Origin: Longimicrobiales bacterium
GTDB lineage: Bacteria; Gemmatimonadota; Gemmatimonadetes; Longimicrobiales; Gaopeijiaceae
Reading direction: 5' to 3'
Length of the DNA stretch: 64,000 nucleotides
Assembly: GCA_965204735.1 (NCBI GenBank)
Contig: OZ242008.1
Coordinates: 160,001 to 224,000, forward strand
The notes beneath the pieces were generated by a model. It had not been told where the DNA came from, ran no database searches, and saw nothing but the letters and a program-made list of their open reading frames with translations. A program made the position numbers and the translations under genes. Shown here piece after piece: positions 21,144-29,860 of this stretch (positions within the stretch are counted from its first letter, which is position 1; each line of letters starts with the position of its first letter).

Positions 21144-21808
21144 ATCGGCCGGCGCCCTTGGGTTCGCTGGAGAACCCTCGGTTCTTCGCAGTGCCCAAGG
21201 AGATGCGCGAATGGCTGGAAGCCAGCCACCACGCCGCGGACGACCAGTGGGTGGGCTACTGGAAGAAAGACTCGGGGCTGCCCAGCGTGACGTGGCCCGA
21301 GTCGGTGGACGTGGCCCTCTGCTTCGGCTGGATCGACGGGCTCCGGAAGTCCATCGACGAGAAGAGCTACAAGATCCGCTTCACGCCACGTCGGCCGGGG
21401 AGCCACTGGAGCGCCCGCAACATTGCCCGCATGAAGGAACTGAAGCGGGCGGGCTTGGTGGCCGAGGCCGGGCTGGCCGCTTACCGCGCCCGCAACGCCG
21501 CGAACCAGAAGAAGGCGTCCTACGAGCAGCCGGCCGTCGCGCTTCCCACCGAGTACGAGCGCCGCATCAGGGCCGAGCCCCGGGCGTGGCGCTGGTTTCG
21601 GAAGGCCCGGCCGTCGTACCGCAAGCAGGTCGCGTGGTGGGTCGTCAGCGCGAAGCGTGAAGACACCCGGCTGCGCCGACTGGAAACCCTGATCGAGTCG
21701 TGCGCCAAGGGCGAAGTCGTCCCCGCCATGCGCTGGAGCGCCAAGCGAGCCTCGGCTGGAACCGGCGGACCTGGCCCGGAGGTAGCGAGCCGCGCCCCGA
21801 ACCGGTGA
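21140..21808 (+). CDS. YdeI/OmpD-associated family protein
   Basis: ALCFGWIDG, RFTPRRPGSHWS, WVVSAKREDTRLRRL; TTG start overlaps the upstream stop. Confidence 0.85.
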   Translation: MNRPAPLGSLENPRFFAVPKEMREWLEASHHAADDQWVGYWKKDSGLPSVTWPESVDVALCFGWIDGLRKSIDEKSYKIRFTPRRPGSHWSARNIARMKELKRAGLVAEAGLAAYRARNAANQKKASYEQPAVALPTEYERRIRAEPRAWRWFRKARPSYRKQVAWWVVSAKREDTRLRRLETLIESCAKGEVVPAMRWSAKRASAGTGGPGPEVASRAPNR

Positions 21809-21832
21809 GCCTCGGCCGGCGTCCGGCGAGCT

Positions 21833-22669
21833 TCAGCTGGAGCCAGCGTTCCCCCCGCCGCCACTCTCGCCTTCCGGGTCCGGTCCGGCGTCGTCCGTGG
21901 CGTGCGCGGCGGCGTCGGAGCACTCTCCCGAGTACGCCTCAGGGGTCTCCTCCCGCACGGTCTCCAGCTGGAGTCGGCGCGGGCGGGATCGCTCGTCGAG
22001 CTTCGCGCCCAGGGCGCTGACCTCGGCCTTCAGCGCCGCAAGTCCCGCCGAGAGTTCCCTGTGGTCCTCGCGAGCGTGCTTCTCCAACCGGTCGATTCGG
22101 CCCCCCAGCCGCTCCTCCAGCCTGTCGATGTGCTCCCGAAGCGCTTTGGTTTCGGCGCGGGTGTTCCCGGCCCCCTTGTCGATGTGCTCCCGAAGGGCTT
22201 GGGTGTCGGCGCGGGCGTCCCCAGCCAGTTTCTCGACGTGTTCCCGAAGGGCTTGGGTGTCGGCGCGGGCGTCCCCAGCCAGTTTCTCGACGTGTTCCCG
22301 AAGCGCCTGGATTTCGGCGCGGGCGTCCCCAGCCAATTCCTCGACGTGCTCCCGAAGTGCCTGGATTTCGGCGCGGGCGTCCCCAGCCAATTTCTCGACG
22401 TGTTCCCGAAGGGCTTGGGTGTCGGCGCGGGCATCCCCAGCCAATTCCTCGACGTGCTCCCGAAGCGCCTGGATTTCGGCGCGGGTGTTCCTGATTCCCT
22501 CGTCGATGTGCTCCCGAAGCGCTTTGGTTTCGGCGCGGATCTTCTCCATCTCGGCTCGAAGGCTCCTGGCTTCCCTGCGGGCGCTCGCCCTCAGGGCCAG
22601 AAACAGTCCCAGAGCCGAAATCACCAAGGAGGCGATCTGCCAGAAGTCGCTGCCGGTCGGTAGTTCCAT
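21833..22669 (-). CDS. Membrane-anchored coiled-coil protein with 18-aa tandem repeats
   Basis: N-terminal TM helix followed by 8 copies of RA(E/D)xxALREH(V/I)xxxxxxx. Confidence 0.75.
   Translation of the reverse strand: MELPTGSDFWQIASLVISALGLFLALRASARREARSLRAEMEKIRAETKALREHIDEGIRNTRAEIQALREHVEELAGDARADTQALREHVEKLAGDARAEIQALREHVEELAGDARAEIQALREHVEKLAGDARADTQALREHVEKLAGDARADTQALREHIDKGAGNTRAETKALREHIDRLEERLGGRIDRLEKHAREDHRELSAGLAALKAEVSALGAKLDERSRPRRLQLETVREETPEAYSGECSDAAAHATDDAGPDPEGESGGGGNAGSS
22106..22537 (-). repeat. 54-bp coding tandem repeat, 8 units
   Basis: Recurring cgacgtgttcccgaag...cggcgcgggcgtccccagcc with period 54. Confidence 0.9.
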
Positions 22670-22702
22670 CTTCGACGTGTCCTTCTCGGGACGGGCCGGT
22701 TC

Positions 22703-23911
22703 TCAGGACGGCTCCGTGCCGGGCGTAAGCGATTCCGAGGCCGAGGGAGCAAAGATAGGCCGCAACTCCGCCGCGCAAACCCCTGTGGGCGCGAGACCTC
22801 GCGCTTGGGACGGGGGCGGAGCCCACCTCGCCTGCTGCTCCGCCATCCACGCCGCGGGCGCCACGGCCTTCCGCCGCTCCCCAGGCCGCCGGGCGAACCA
22901 CTTCAGCGCCAAGAGCGTCTCCGTCGCCGCGACTGCTCCCATTGCCCCGTCCCGGTCCTCGGGCGCCGGACGAAAGACCCCCGCGACCACGCGGGCGGCC
23001 CGCCGGGCGGCGCGGGCCGTAGTGGGGCGGGCCAGGTCGCCGTGGAGCCTGCCCCGGCGAATCAAGTAGATCCGGTCCTCGCCTCCGAAGCCCTCGACGG
23101 GGTAGACCAAGTTCATCTCCCGAACTTGGCCCTGGAACCCGGAGAGGTGCGCTCGGAGCTTCTCCATGCGCTTCATCCGATCCCTGATCCGCGCCGCGTA
23201 CTCGTAGTCCAGCCGTTCCGCGGCCTCCGCCAAGGCGCCCGACAGCTGCGAGAAGAGCCGCTCGTCGCGCCCCTCGAGAAAGCCCCGCGCAACCGCCAGG
23301 CGCCGCTGGTACTCCGCCCTCGTGCAGAGCCCGGCGCACGGAGCCGGGCACGATCCCGTTGCGCCGCGCAGGCACGCGGGCGGCCGATCGGGCGCGAAGA
23401 TCTCCATCTGGTCGCCGAAGCGCGTGGGAACGTCCCCTGGGCAGTCCCGCAGCCCTGTCGCCCGCGCCAGGTCGTTCACGGCCCCGGCCAGCCACTCCGT
23501 GCGGGGCAGCGGCCCGTAGTAGCGCGCGCCGTCGTTCGCCACCCGCCCGACGACCAGAAGCCTGGGCGCCGGCTCGCGCGTGATCTTCACGAACCCGAAC
23601 CTCCGCTTGCGCTTGTGCTCCACGTTGTACTCGGGGCGCCACGCCCGGATCAGCCGCATCTCGCGAAAGACGGCTGCGAACTCGCTGGGCAGGTACTCCC
23701 ACGCCACGTCGGCCGCCTCCCGGACGAGCCGTCTCGTCTTGCCGTCTGCTGCGCGGAAGTACGACAACAGGCGGGACCTGACCCGGACCGACCTCCCCAC
23801 GTACAGGACACGCCCGTCGCCGGCGAGCCAGCGGTAGACGCCGGGCCGGTCCTCCGCTCGCGTCCGCACGTCGTCCCTAAGGGGACTGCCGGAGATCGGG
23901 GTCCTGGACAT
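22703..23911 (-). CDS. UvrC-like GIY-YIG + UVR domain nuclease (Cho-like, no C-terminal RNase H/HhH)
   Basis: PGVYRW..VLYVGRS..RSRLLSYF, PEYN, Cys cluster CPAPCAG, AAERLDYEYAARIRD. Confidence 0.85.
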   Translation of the reverse strand: MSRTPISGSPLRDDVRTRAEDRPGVYRWLAGDGRVLYVGRSVRVRSRLLSYFRAADGKTRRLVREAADVAWEYLPSEFAAVFREMRLIRAWRPEYNVEHKRKRRFGFVKITREPAPRLLVVGRVANDGARYYGPLPRTEWLAGAVNDLARATGLRDCPGDVPTRFGDQMEIFAPDRPPACLRGATGSCPAPCAGLCTRAEYQRRLAVARGFLEGRDERLFSQLSGALAEAAERLDYEYAARIRDRMKRMEKLRAHLSGFQGQVREMNLVYPVEGFGGEDRIYLIRRGRLHGDLARPTTARAARRAARVVAGVFRPAPEDRDGAMGAVAATETLLALKWFARRPGERRKAVAPAAWMAEQQARWAPPPSQARGLAPTGVCAAELRPIFAPSASESLTPGTEPS

Positions 23912-24061
23912 AGAGCACTCATCTTCGTATTTTGTTCGGGAAAAGGCAATGGGCCAACCGGGCGAGCCGACCAGGCGAAGGTGCGGTCGACCGCCATGCT
24001 CGCCGGCCACTGCTCGTCGCCGGCTTGCCGCCGGGGCCGCGAAGCGGTACTGTCGCGCTCC

Positions 24062-25483
24062 ATGCCTGGACATGGACGGTCCCTCGTCATCCGCGATCCC
24101 CTCTGGAACGCGATACGGCTGGATCCGGCAGCCGTCGCCATCATCGACACGGCGGCGTTTCAGCGGCTCCGCTACATCCGCCAGCTGGGGCTGGCTCACC
24201 TGGTCTACCCAGGCGCCACCCACACGCGCTTCGACCACGCCCTGGGCGTCTACCACCTGGCGACGAGGGCGCTTCGCATCCTGAAGGAGAAGCAGCCGGG
24301 CCCTCCGGAGGCTTGGCGGGGCGAACGGCTGATCCCCTATGCGGCCCTCCTCCACGACATCGGCCACTACGCCTTCTCCCACGCGCTGGAGGAGCTCGAG
24401 CCCGACCGCATCCCGGGCGACCACGAAGAAGTCGGCCTCCAGTTCTTCCAGTCCCACGACCTGAGGTCCGCCCTCGAACCCCTGGGCAAGGAAGCGGGCG
24501 AAGCGGTGCACCGGCTGATCCGGGGCGGCGACGACGCGCCCTTGCGGGGCTTGGTCAGCGGCAGCCTCGACTTGGACAAGATGGAGTACCTGCGTCGCGA
24601 CGCCCGGTTTTGCGGGGTCCCCTACGGCGCCGTGGACGTGGACCGTCTCCTGCAGGGACTGGCGCTCCTTCGAGACCCGGAGACGGGCAAGTGGGAAGTG
24701 GGACTGCAGGCGAAGGCGCTGAGCGCCCTGGAGTCGCTGCTCTTCTCCAAGTACCAGATGTTCCGCACCGTCTACTGGCACCACGGGGTGCGGGCCGCCA
24801 CGGGGCTCTACAAGCGGATCGTGGAAACGGCGGTGGAAGCCGGCCTCCTGTCCCCCGAAGAGCTGGTCGGTCCCACGGACGAAGCCCTTCTCCACGAACT
24901 CGAACGAAGGGCGTGGGACTCTTCCGACCAAAGGGCGGAGCAGATCGCCGAACGCTGGCTTCCGGCCCTGCGGAACCGACGGCTGCCCAAACGAGCGGCG
25001 GAGGCGACGGCGTGGCAGATGGAGGGGCGCGCGTTGCCGGAGTGGGCCAGCGGCGACTCGCCGGAGAAGCGCCGGTGGGAGAACGAGGTCGCCCGCGAGC
25101 TGGGACTGGCCCCGGGCGAAGCGATCCTCGACTTCCCCGTCAAGAAGGCCATGTTCCAGCTGGACGTGCTGGTGGACTGCTCCGGGAAAGTGGTGCGGAT
25201 GGGAAGGAAGGGAATCCCCGGTCTGATCGACCTGCCGAGGCTGGCCCGAGAGCTCTACCGAACCGCCCGGGTGCTCCGTCTCTTCACCTTCGAGCGGCGG
25301 AAGGTTTCCCCGGAATGGGTGCTCGATCGACTGACCGATGGAACCAATTCGGTCGCTGGTGCCGTCTACACTATGGAGGAGGCTGGTCGCCCGAACGGGC
25401 TGCGGCGCCGGGGACCGCAGGGCGGACCGGACCAGCGAAACGATCAACCCTTGACGCCGAGACCAATACACCCCATTGATTAG
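24062..25483 (+). CDS. HD-domain phosphohydrolase (dNTPase-like)
   Basis: FQRLRYIRQLG, HTRFDHALG, ALLHDIGH, DKMEYLRRD, VYWHH. Confidence 0.9.
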   Translation: MPGHGRSLVIRDPLWNAIRLDPAAVAIIDTAAFQRLRYIRQLGLAHLVYPGATHTRFDHALGVYHLATRALRILKEKQPGPPEAWRGERLIPYAALLHDIGHYAFSHALEELEPDRIPGDHEEVGLQFFQSHDLRSALEPLGKEAGEAVHRLIRGGDDAPLRGLVSGSLDLDKMEYLRRDARFCGVPYGAVDVDRLLQGLALLRDPETGKWEVGLQAKALSALESLLFSKYQMFRTVYWHHGVRAATGLYKRIVETAVEAGLLSPEELVGPTDEALLHELERRAWDSSDQRAEQIAERWLPALRNRRLPKRAAEATAWQMEGRALPEWASGDSPEKRRWENEVARELGLAPGEAILDFPVKKAMFQLDVLVDCSGKVVRMGRKGIPGLIDLPRLARELYRTARVLRLFTFERRKVSPEWVLDRLTDGTNSVAGAVYTMEEAGRPNGLRRRGPQGGPDQRNDQPLTPRPIHPID

Positions 25484-25573
25484 GGCTGTACTCGCTACAC
25501 CTAGGCGGGGCTCGGACCTAGCCTGCTGCTGGGGCTCGGGGCCAGCTCGCGCCGGAGAATCGAGCAAAGAAAG

Positions 25574-26467
25574 ATGGCAAGAAAGACTCGAGGCAAGAAG
25601 GGGCGGACCAACCCCCTCACGGGCTTCGACTCCAGCCTGGACGAGCAGACCGCGCTGGACCAGTATCTGAGGGACGTGAGCCGCCACGAGCTGATCACCC
25701 CCGAGGAGGAGAAGCGGCTGGGGGCCATGGCCCAGGAAGGCGACGAGGAGGCCATCCAGGCTCTCGCGAAGGCCAACCTGCGCTTCGTGATCAGCGTGGC
25801 CAAGAAGTACCAGAACCGAGGCGTCTCCCTCACGGACCTGATCCAGGAGGGGAACGTGGGACTGGTGACCGCGGCCCGGAAGTTCGACCCGGAGCAGGGG
25901 GTCAAGTTCATCAGCTATGCCGTGTGGTGGATCCGGCAGGCCATCCTGGCTTCGCTGGCCAACCAGGGGCGTCCTGTTCGGGTGCCCCTCAACCGGGCCT
26001 CGGACCTGGCGCGGATATTCCGGGAGAAGGAGCGCCTGAAGCAGGAGCTGGGCCGCGAGCCCACGAGCTACGAGCTGGGGCGGGCGGCTCGCCTGACGCC
26101 CGAGCTGGTGGAGTCGCTTCAGACGCTCAACGCGGCGGAGATCCGCCTGGACGCCCCCATCGGCGACAGCGAGGACTCCCAGCTGGTGGAGCGCTTCATC
26201 ACCGAGGAGGCGCCCGAGCCGGAGGTGGAGGTGGAGAACCGTCTTCTCCACGAGGCGATCAGCAAGGCGCTGGGCAACCTGGAGGACCGGGACGCCGAGG
26301 TGCTGAAGATGTACTTCGGCCTCGAAGGGGAGCGGGAGCACACGCTGGAGGAGATCGGCAACCACCTGGGCGTCACCCGGGAGCGGATCCGTCAGCTGCG
26401 CGACCGGGCGCTGCGGCGCTTGGCCGAGGGAGATTGCGGAGAGGCCCTGCGCTCCTTCGCAGCCTGA
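25574..26467 (+). CDS. RNA polymerase sigma factor, RpoD/RpoS family, lacking region 1.1
   Basis: ANLRFVISVAKKY, DLIQEGNVGL, KFISYAVWWIRQ, TLEEIG..GVTRERIRQ. Confidence 0.95.
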   Translation: MARKTRGKKGRTNPLTGFDSSLDEQTALDQYLRDVSRHELITPEEEKRLGAMAQEGDEEAIQALAKANLRFVISVAKKYQNRGVSLTDLIQEGNVGLVTAARKFDPEQGVKFISYAVWWIRQAILASLANQGRPVRVPLNRASDLARIFREKERLKQELGREPTSYELGRAARLTPELVESLQTLNAAEIRLDAPIGDSEDSQLVERFITEEAPEPEVEVENRLLHEAISKALGNLEDRDAEVLKMYFGLEGEREHTLEEIGNHLGVTRERIRQLRDRALRRLAEGDCGEALRSFAA

Positions 26468-26570
26468 CGTGCCGTCGGGCGGGGCCGTCGGTGGGACGGC
26501 TCCCCCGGCGTTCCGTCGCGTCTGCGAACGCCCCCCGGTCGAGACTCGGCGCGCTCCGCAACGAAGGGCG

Positions 26571-27485
26571 ATGACGCCGGGCCGCGTGCTGGAGGCGGTC
26601 GGCGGCGCCTACACGGTGGCGGCGCCCGACGGAACCGTCACCGCGTCCATCAGGGGCCGGATCAAGCACGTCGGCGGCGCGGAGGACAAGGTGGTGGTCG
26701 GCGACCGGGTCGGCGTGCGGCTCGATTCCGGGGGCTGGGTGATCGAGGAAGTGCGGCCCAGGCGTTCGGCGCTGATCCGCTGGTCCGCCGACGGCCGCGT
26801 GGCCAAGGTGATGGCGGCCAACCTGGACCGCCTGCTGGTGGTCGCGTCGGTCAAGGACCCCAAGCCCTCCCGAGAGGTCCTCGACAGGATGCTGGTCATG
26901 GGCGAGTCGGGGAGGCTGGCCGTCGTCCTCGTGCTGACGAAGACCGACCTGCCCGGCACCGGCCGTCGCCGGCGGTCGCTGGAGGACTTCTATGAAAGCG
27001 TTGGCTACCGGGTGCTCTCGACTTCGGCGACGACCGGGGAAGGGATGGAAGCGTTCGACCGGCTGGTGCGCTCCGGGGCGTCGGCGCTGGCCGGGCCTTC
27101 AGGCGTAGGCAAGTCCTCCCTCCTCAACTGGGTCGAGCCCTCGCTCTCGCTTCGCACGTTGACCGTGGGGAGACGCTCCCGGGCCGGCCGCCACGCCACC
27201 GTCTCCGGCCGCCTGGTGCCCCTGCCCGGGGGAGGATACGTGGCCGACCTGCCGGGGTTCTCGGCCGTGGGTCCCGGCTGCCCCGGCGCGGCCGGGCTCG
27301 ACCACTGCTTTCCCGACTTCCGCGCCTTCCTGGGCAAGTGCGCCTTCCGGGATTGCCGTCACCTCCAAGAGCCCGGCTGCGCCGTCGCGGCGGCCGTGGA
27401 GGACGGCCGCATCCGGAGCGCCCGTCACCGCACCTACAGGGCGATCCTGGCCGAGACCGGCGCGCCCCGACGAGGCTCGCCGTGA
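26571..27485 (+). CDS. rsgA: Ribosome small subunit-dependent GTPase A
   Basis: TKTDL, GPSGVGKSS, GRHAT, DLPGF, CAFRDCRHLQEPGC zinc site. Confidence 0.9.
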   Translation: MTPGRVLEAVGGAYTVAAPDGTVTASIRGRIKHVGGAEDKVVVGDRVGVRLDSGGWVIEEVRPRRSALIRWSADGRVAKVMAANLDRLLVVASVKDPKPSREVLDRMLVMGESGRLAVVLVLTKTDLPGTGRRRRSLEDFYESVGYRVLSTSATTGEGMEAFDRLVRSGASALAGPSGVGKSSLLNWVEPSLSLRTLTVGRRSRAGRHATVSGRLVPLPGGGYVADLPGFSAVGPGCPGAAGLDHCFPDFRAFLGKCAFRDCRHLQEPGCAVAAAVEDGRIRSARHRTYRAILAETGAPRRGSP

Positions 27486-29773
27486 AGATCGCCCACCTCT
27501 CCGACCTGCATCTGGGCTACGGGAGCGGCCAGCGGGCCCGGGACGTGCTCCGCGCCTTCGAGGCCGCCATGGCGCGGGCGACGGCGCTGGAGCCCGACCT
27601 GGTAGTCGTTTCCGGCGACGTCTTCGACCACCCGGAGGTGGGCGCCCAGCCGATCGCCGTCTTTGCCAAGGCCGTGGCTCGGTTGCGCAGCCGTCTCCCC
27701 GGCGTGACGGTGGCCGTCGCTGCGGGCGTCCGCGACACCCCGCTGGACTCGGAGCGCCCCGGTCCGCTGGCGCTGGTCGGCGAGGTCGCGTCGGTCCAGG
27801 CGGCGTGCACCTCGGTGCTTCGCTTTCGCGTTCTCGACGGCGCGGCCAGCGTCGTCCTCGCGCCTCACCGCGCAGTTGCGGATTCGCGCCCCCTGGCCGT
27901 CGCGCCGGACCCGGAGGCCGAATGGAACGTGCTGGTCGCCTACGCCGCCGTCGCGTCGGACGCCGCTCACGCCTCGGTCGTGCCCCTGGCCGGATGGGAC
28001 TACGTGGCGCTCGGCTCCAGGCACACCCGCGCCTGCGTTGCCGAGCAGGCCCACTACGCCGGCTCCCTGGAGCGGATCGGCCCGGATCCGTGGTTGGAGG
28101 CGGCCGAGGACAAGGGCTTCATGACGTTCGACGCGGGGGCGGCGAAAGCCACGTTCTGGCGCGTCGGAGCGCGGCCCGCGATCAGCCTGGCCCCGGTCGA
28201 TGCGACGGGGCGGGGGACTGCGACCGCTGCCCGGCGCCTGGCCGAAGCGCTGGCCGCGGTGCCCGGCAAGATCGACGGCACGCTCTTGCGGATACCGGTG
28301 AAGGGACTCGCGCCCGAGGATCTTGCCGTTCTGGACCGCAAGGCGCTGGAGCCGATCCGGCGACGAGCGGCCGAGCTGCGGGTGACCGCGTTGCGCGAGG
28401 GCCCGCCCAGGCGCACGCGAACTCGGGCGTCCGCAGGCGACCGCTGCGACGTGGTCCCGAGCTTCGTTTCCCTCCAGGCGCGTGCCCTGGGCCCGGCGGC
28501 GGAGTTGGCGGACGCTCGGGGACTGGTGGCGTTCGTGGAGGACGGCGGCTCCGTTTGGAACGAATGCGTGTCCGCCTTCCGAAGCTCCCTTCCGGGCGTC
28601 CTCGACGGAGCGCGGGAGCGATCGGCGGGCGGCAGCCCGCTGCGCCAGGAGGAGTGGGCGGCCCTCTGGCTCGGCGACGGCCCGGCGGCGGCCTGGGTGT
28701 CGGCGGCGGCCACGCTGGCCTTCCCGTCGCGGGGCGGCCTTGGCGCTGCCGGAAGTGCGGGTCGGCAGGCGGCGCCCCAGCGCCTCTCACAAACGGCGAC
28801 CAGGGCGAAGCCGGTCGAAGCGGCGGAGCGGGCCGAGGCGCAGGAGGAGTGCCTTCGCGCGCTGCGGGAGGAGGAGGCCGAGGTCCGGGGGGACCTGGAG
28901 GCCGGGGTCGTGGCCTGGGTGCGGGAGCGGCAAGACGCCGAGACTCGTCTCCTGCTCTACCGGGATCGGGGACGCGAGCTGCGGACCCGACTGAAGCGGA
29001 TCGACGACGCCGGGGCGGAGGGGTCTTGCAGGAGCTGCGGCGCGACGCTGGGGGACCGGCTGGAAACGGTGGCAAGGGCGGGCAAGGAAGAGTGGGAAGG
29101 GGTGGTCCAGGACGGCCGCTGGTGGCGGCAGCGGCTGGATCAGCTGGAGCACAAGCCCGCCGAGCTCAGGGCGCTGGAGTCGCGGGCGCTGACTCTGTCC
29201 GCGGAGGCCGCCGACCTGGCCGAACAGATGGAGCGCCGAAAGCGCGTCGGGCGAACCCAAGCGTCGTCGGCCGCCGGTTCGAGTCGGGCGTCGGAGGGAG
29301 CGGCCGAAGAGGGTCTTGCCAAGGCGAGCGGCGAAGCTCTCGACGAGGTCCGCGCCCGGGTCCACGCAGAGGTCGTGGAGATCACGGGCGGGCGCTTGGC
29401 CGGCTGCTTCCCAGCCCTCTTCGATGAATGGACCAGGGGCGGCCGACGGGGCGGCGGCGACGTGTCGGCCCTGGAAGCGGCCACGCGCGTCGCCATGGCC
29501 GAACTGGCGCTGGAGGCCGGCGTGAAGCTGGGCTCGGTGATCCTTCCCGACAGCCTGGACCGTCTGCGCGACGAGGACGCGCCCCGCGCCCTGGACCGAC
29601 TTGCTCGCTTGGCCCGGCGCATTCCCCTGGTCCTCGTTGCCGCTTCCGAGCGCACGGCGTCCGCCGCGCCCGAGCGCTTCGACCTCCTCTGCCGCCCCGA
29701 GGACACCCTGGACCGCGGTCGCGTCGTCCGCCGCCAGCGTCCGGGGCTGGGCGCCGTCCGGCTTCAGCCCTAG
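27482..29773 (+). CDS. Degenerate SbcD-like metallophosphoesterase fused to a SbcC-like coiled-coil/zinc-hook remnant
   Basis: AHLSDLHLG, SGDVFD, YAGSLER; later a coiled coil, CRSCG hook and SLD D-loop. Confidence 0.7.
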   Translation: MKIAHLSDLHLGYGSGQRARDVLRAFEAAMARATALEPDLVVVSGDVFDHPEVGAQPIAVFAKAVARLRSRLPGVTVAVAAGVRDTPLDSERPGPLALVGEVASVQAACTSVLRFRVLDGAASVVLAPHRAVADSRPLAVAPDPEAEWNVLVAYAAVASDAAHASVVPLAGWDYVALGSRHTRACVAEQAHYAGSLERIGPDPWLEAAEDKGFMTFDAGAAKATFWRVGARPAISLAPVDATGRGTATAARRLAEALAAVPGKIDGTLLRIPVKGLAPEDLAVLDRKALEPIRRRAAELRVTALREGPPRRTRTRASAGDRCDVVPSFVSLQARALGPAAELADARGLVAFVEDGGSVWNECVSAFRSSLPGVLDGARERSAGGSPLRQEEWAALWLGDGPAAAWVSAAATLAFPSRGGLGAAGSAGRQAAPQRLSQTATRAKPVEAAERAEAQEECLRALREEEAEVRGDLEAGVVAWVRERQDAETRLLLYRDRGRELRTRLKRIDDAGAEGSCRSCGATLGDRLETVARAGKEEWEGVVQDGRWWRQRLDQLEHKPAELRALESRALTLSAEAADLAEQMERRKRVGRTQASSAAGSSRASEGAAEEGLAKASGEALDEVRARVHAEVVEITGGRLAGCFPALFDEWTRGGRRGGGDVSALEAATRVAMAELALEAGVKLGSVILPDSLDRLRDEDAPRALDRLARLARRIPLVLVAASERTASAAPERFDLLCRPEDTLDRGRVVRRQRPGLGAVRLQP

Positions 29774-29860
29774 CCCGCACGCCGGCGGCCGGACCCGCGC
29801 GACCAGGACGGGTCGGTGCACGAGGAGATCGTGCCGACGGGCCCGACCCGTGCGCTCGGG

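Noticed and set aside
22106..22537. Regular repeats as a possible CRISPR array
   Set aside because: Contiguous 54-bp in-frame coding units with no unique spacers, and no cas genes.
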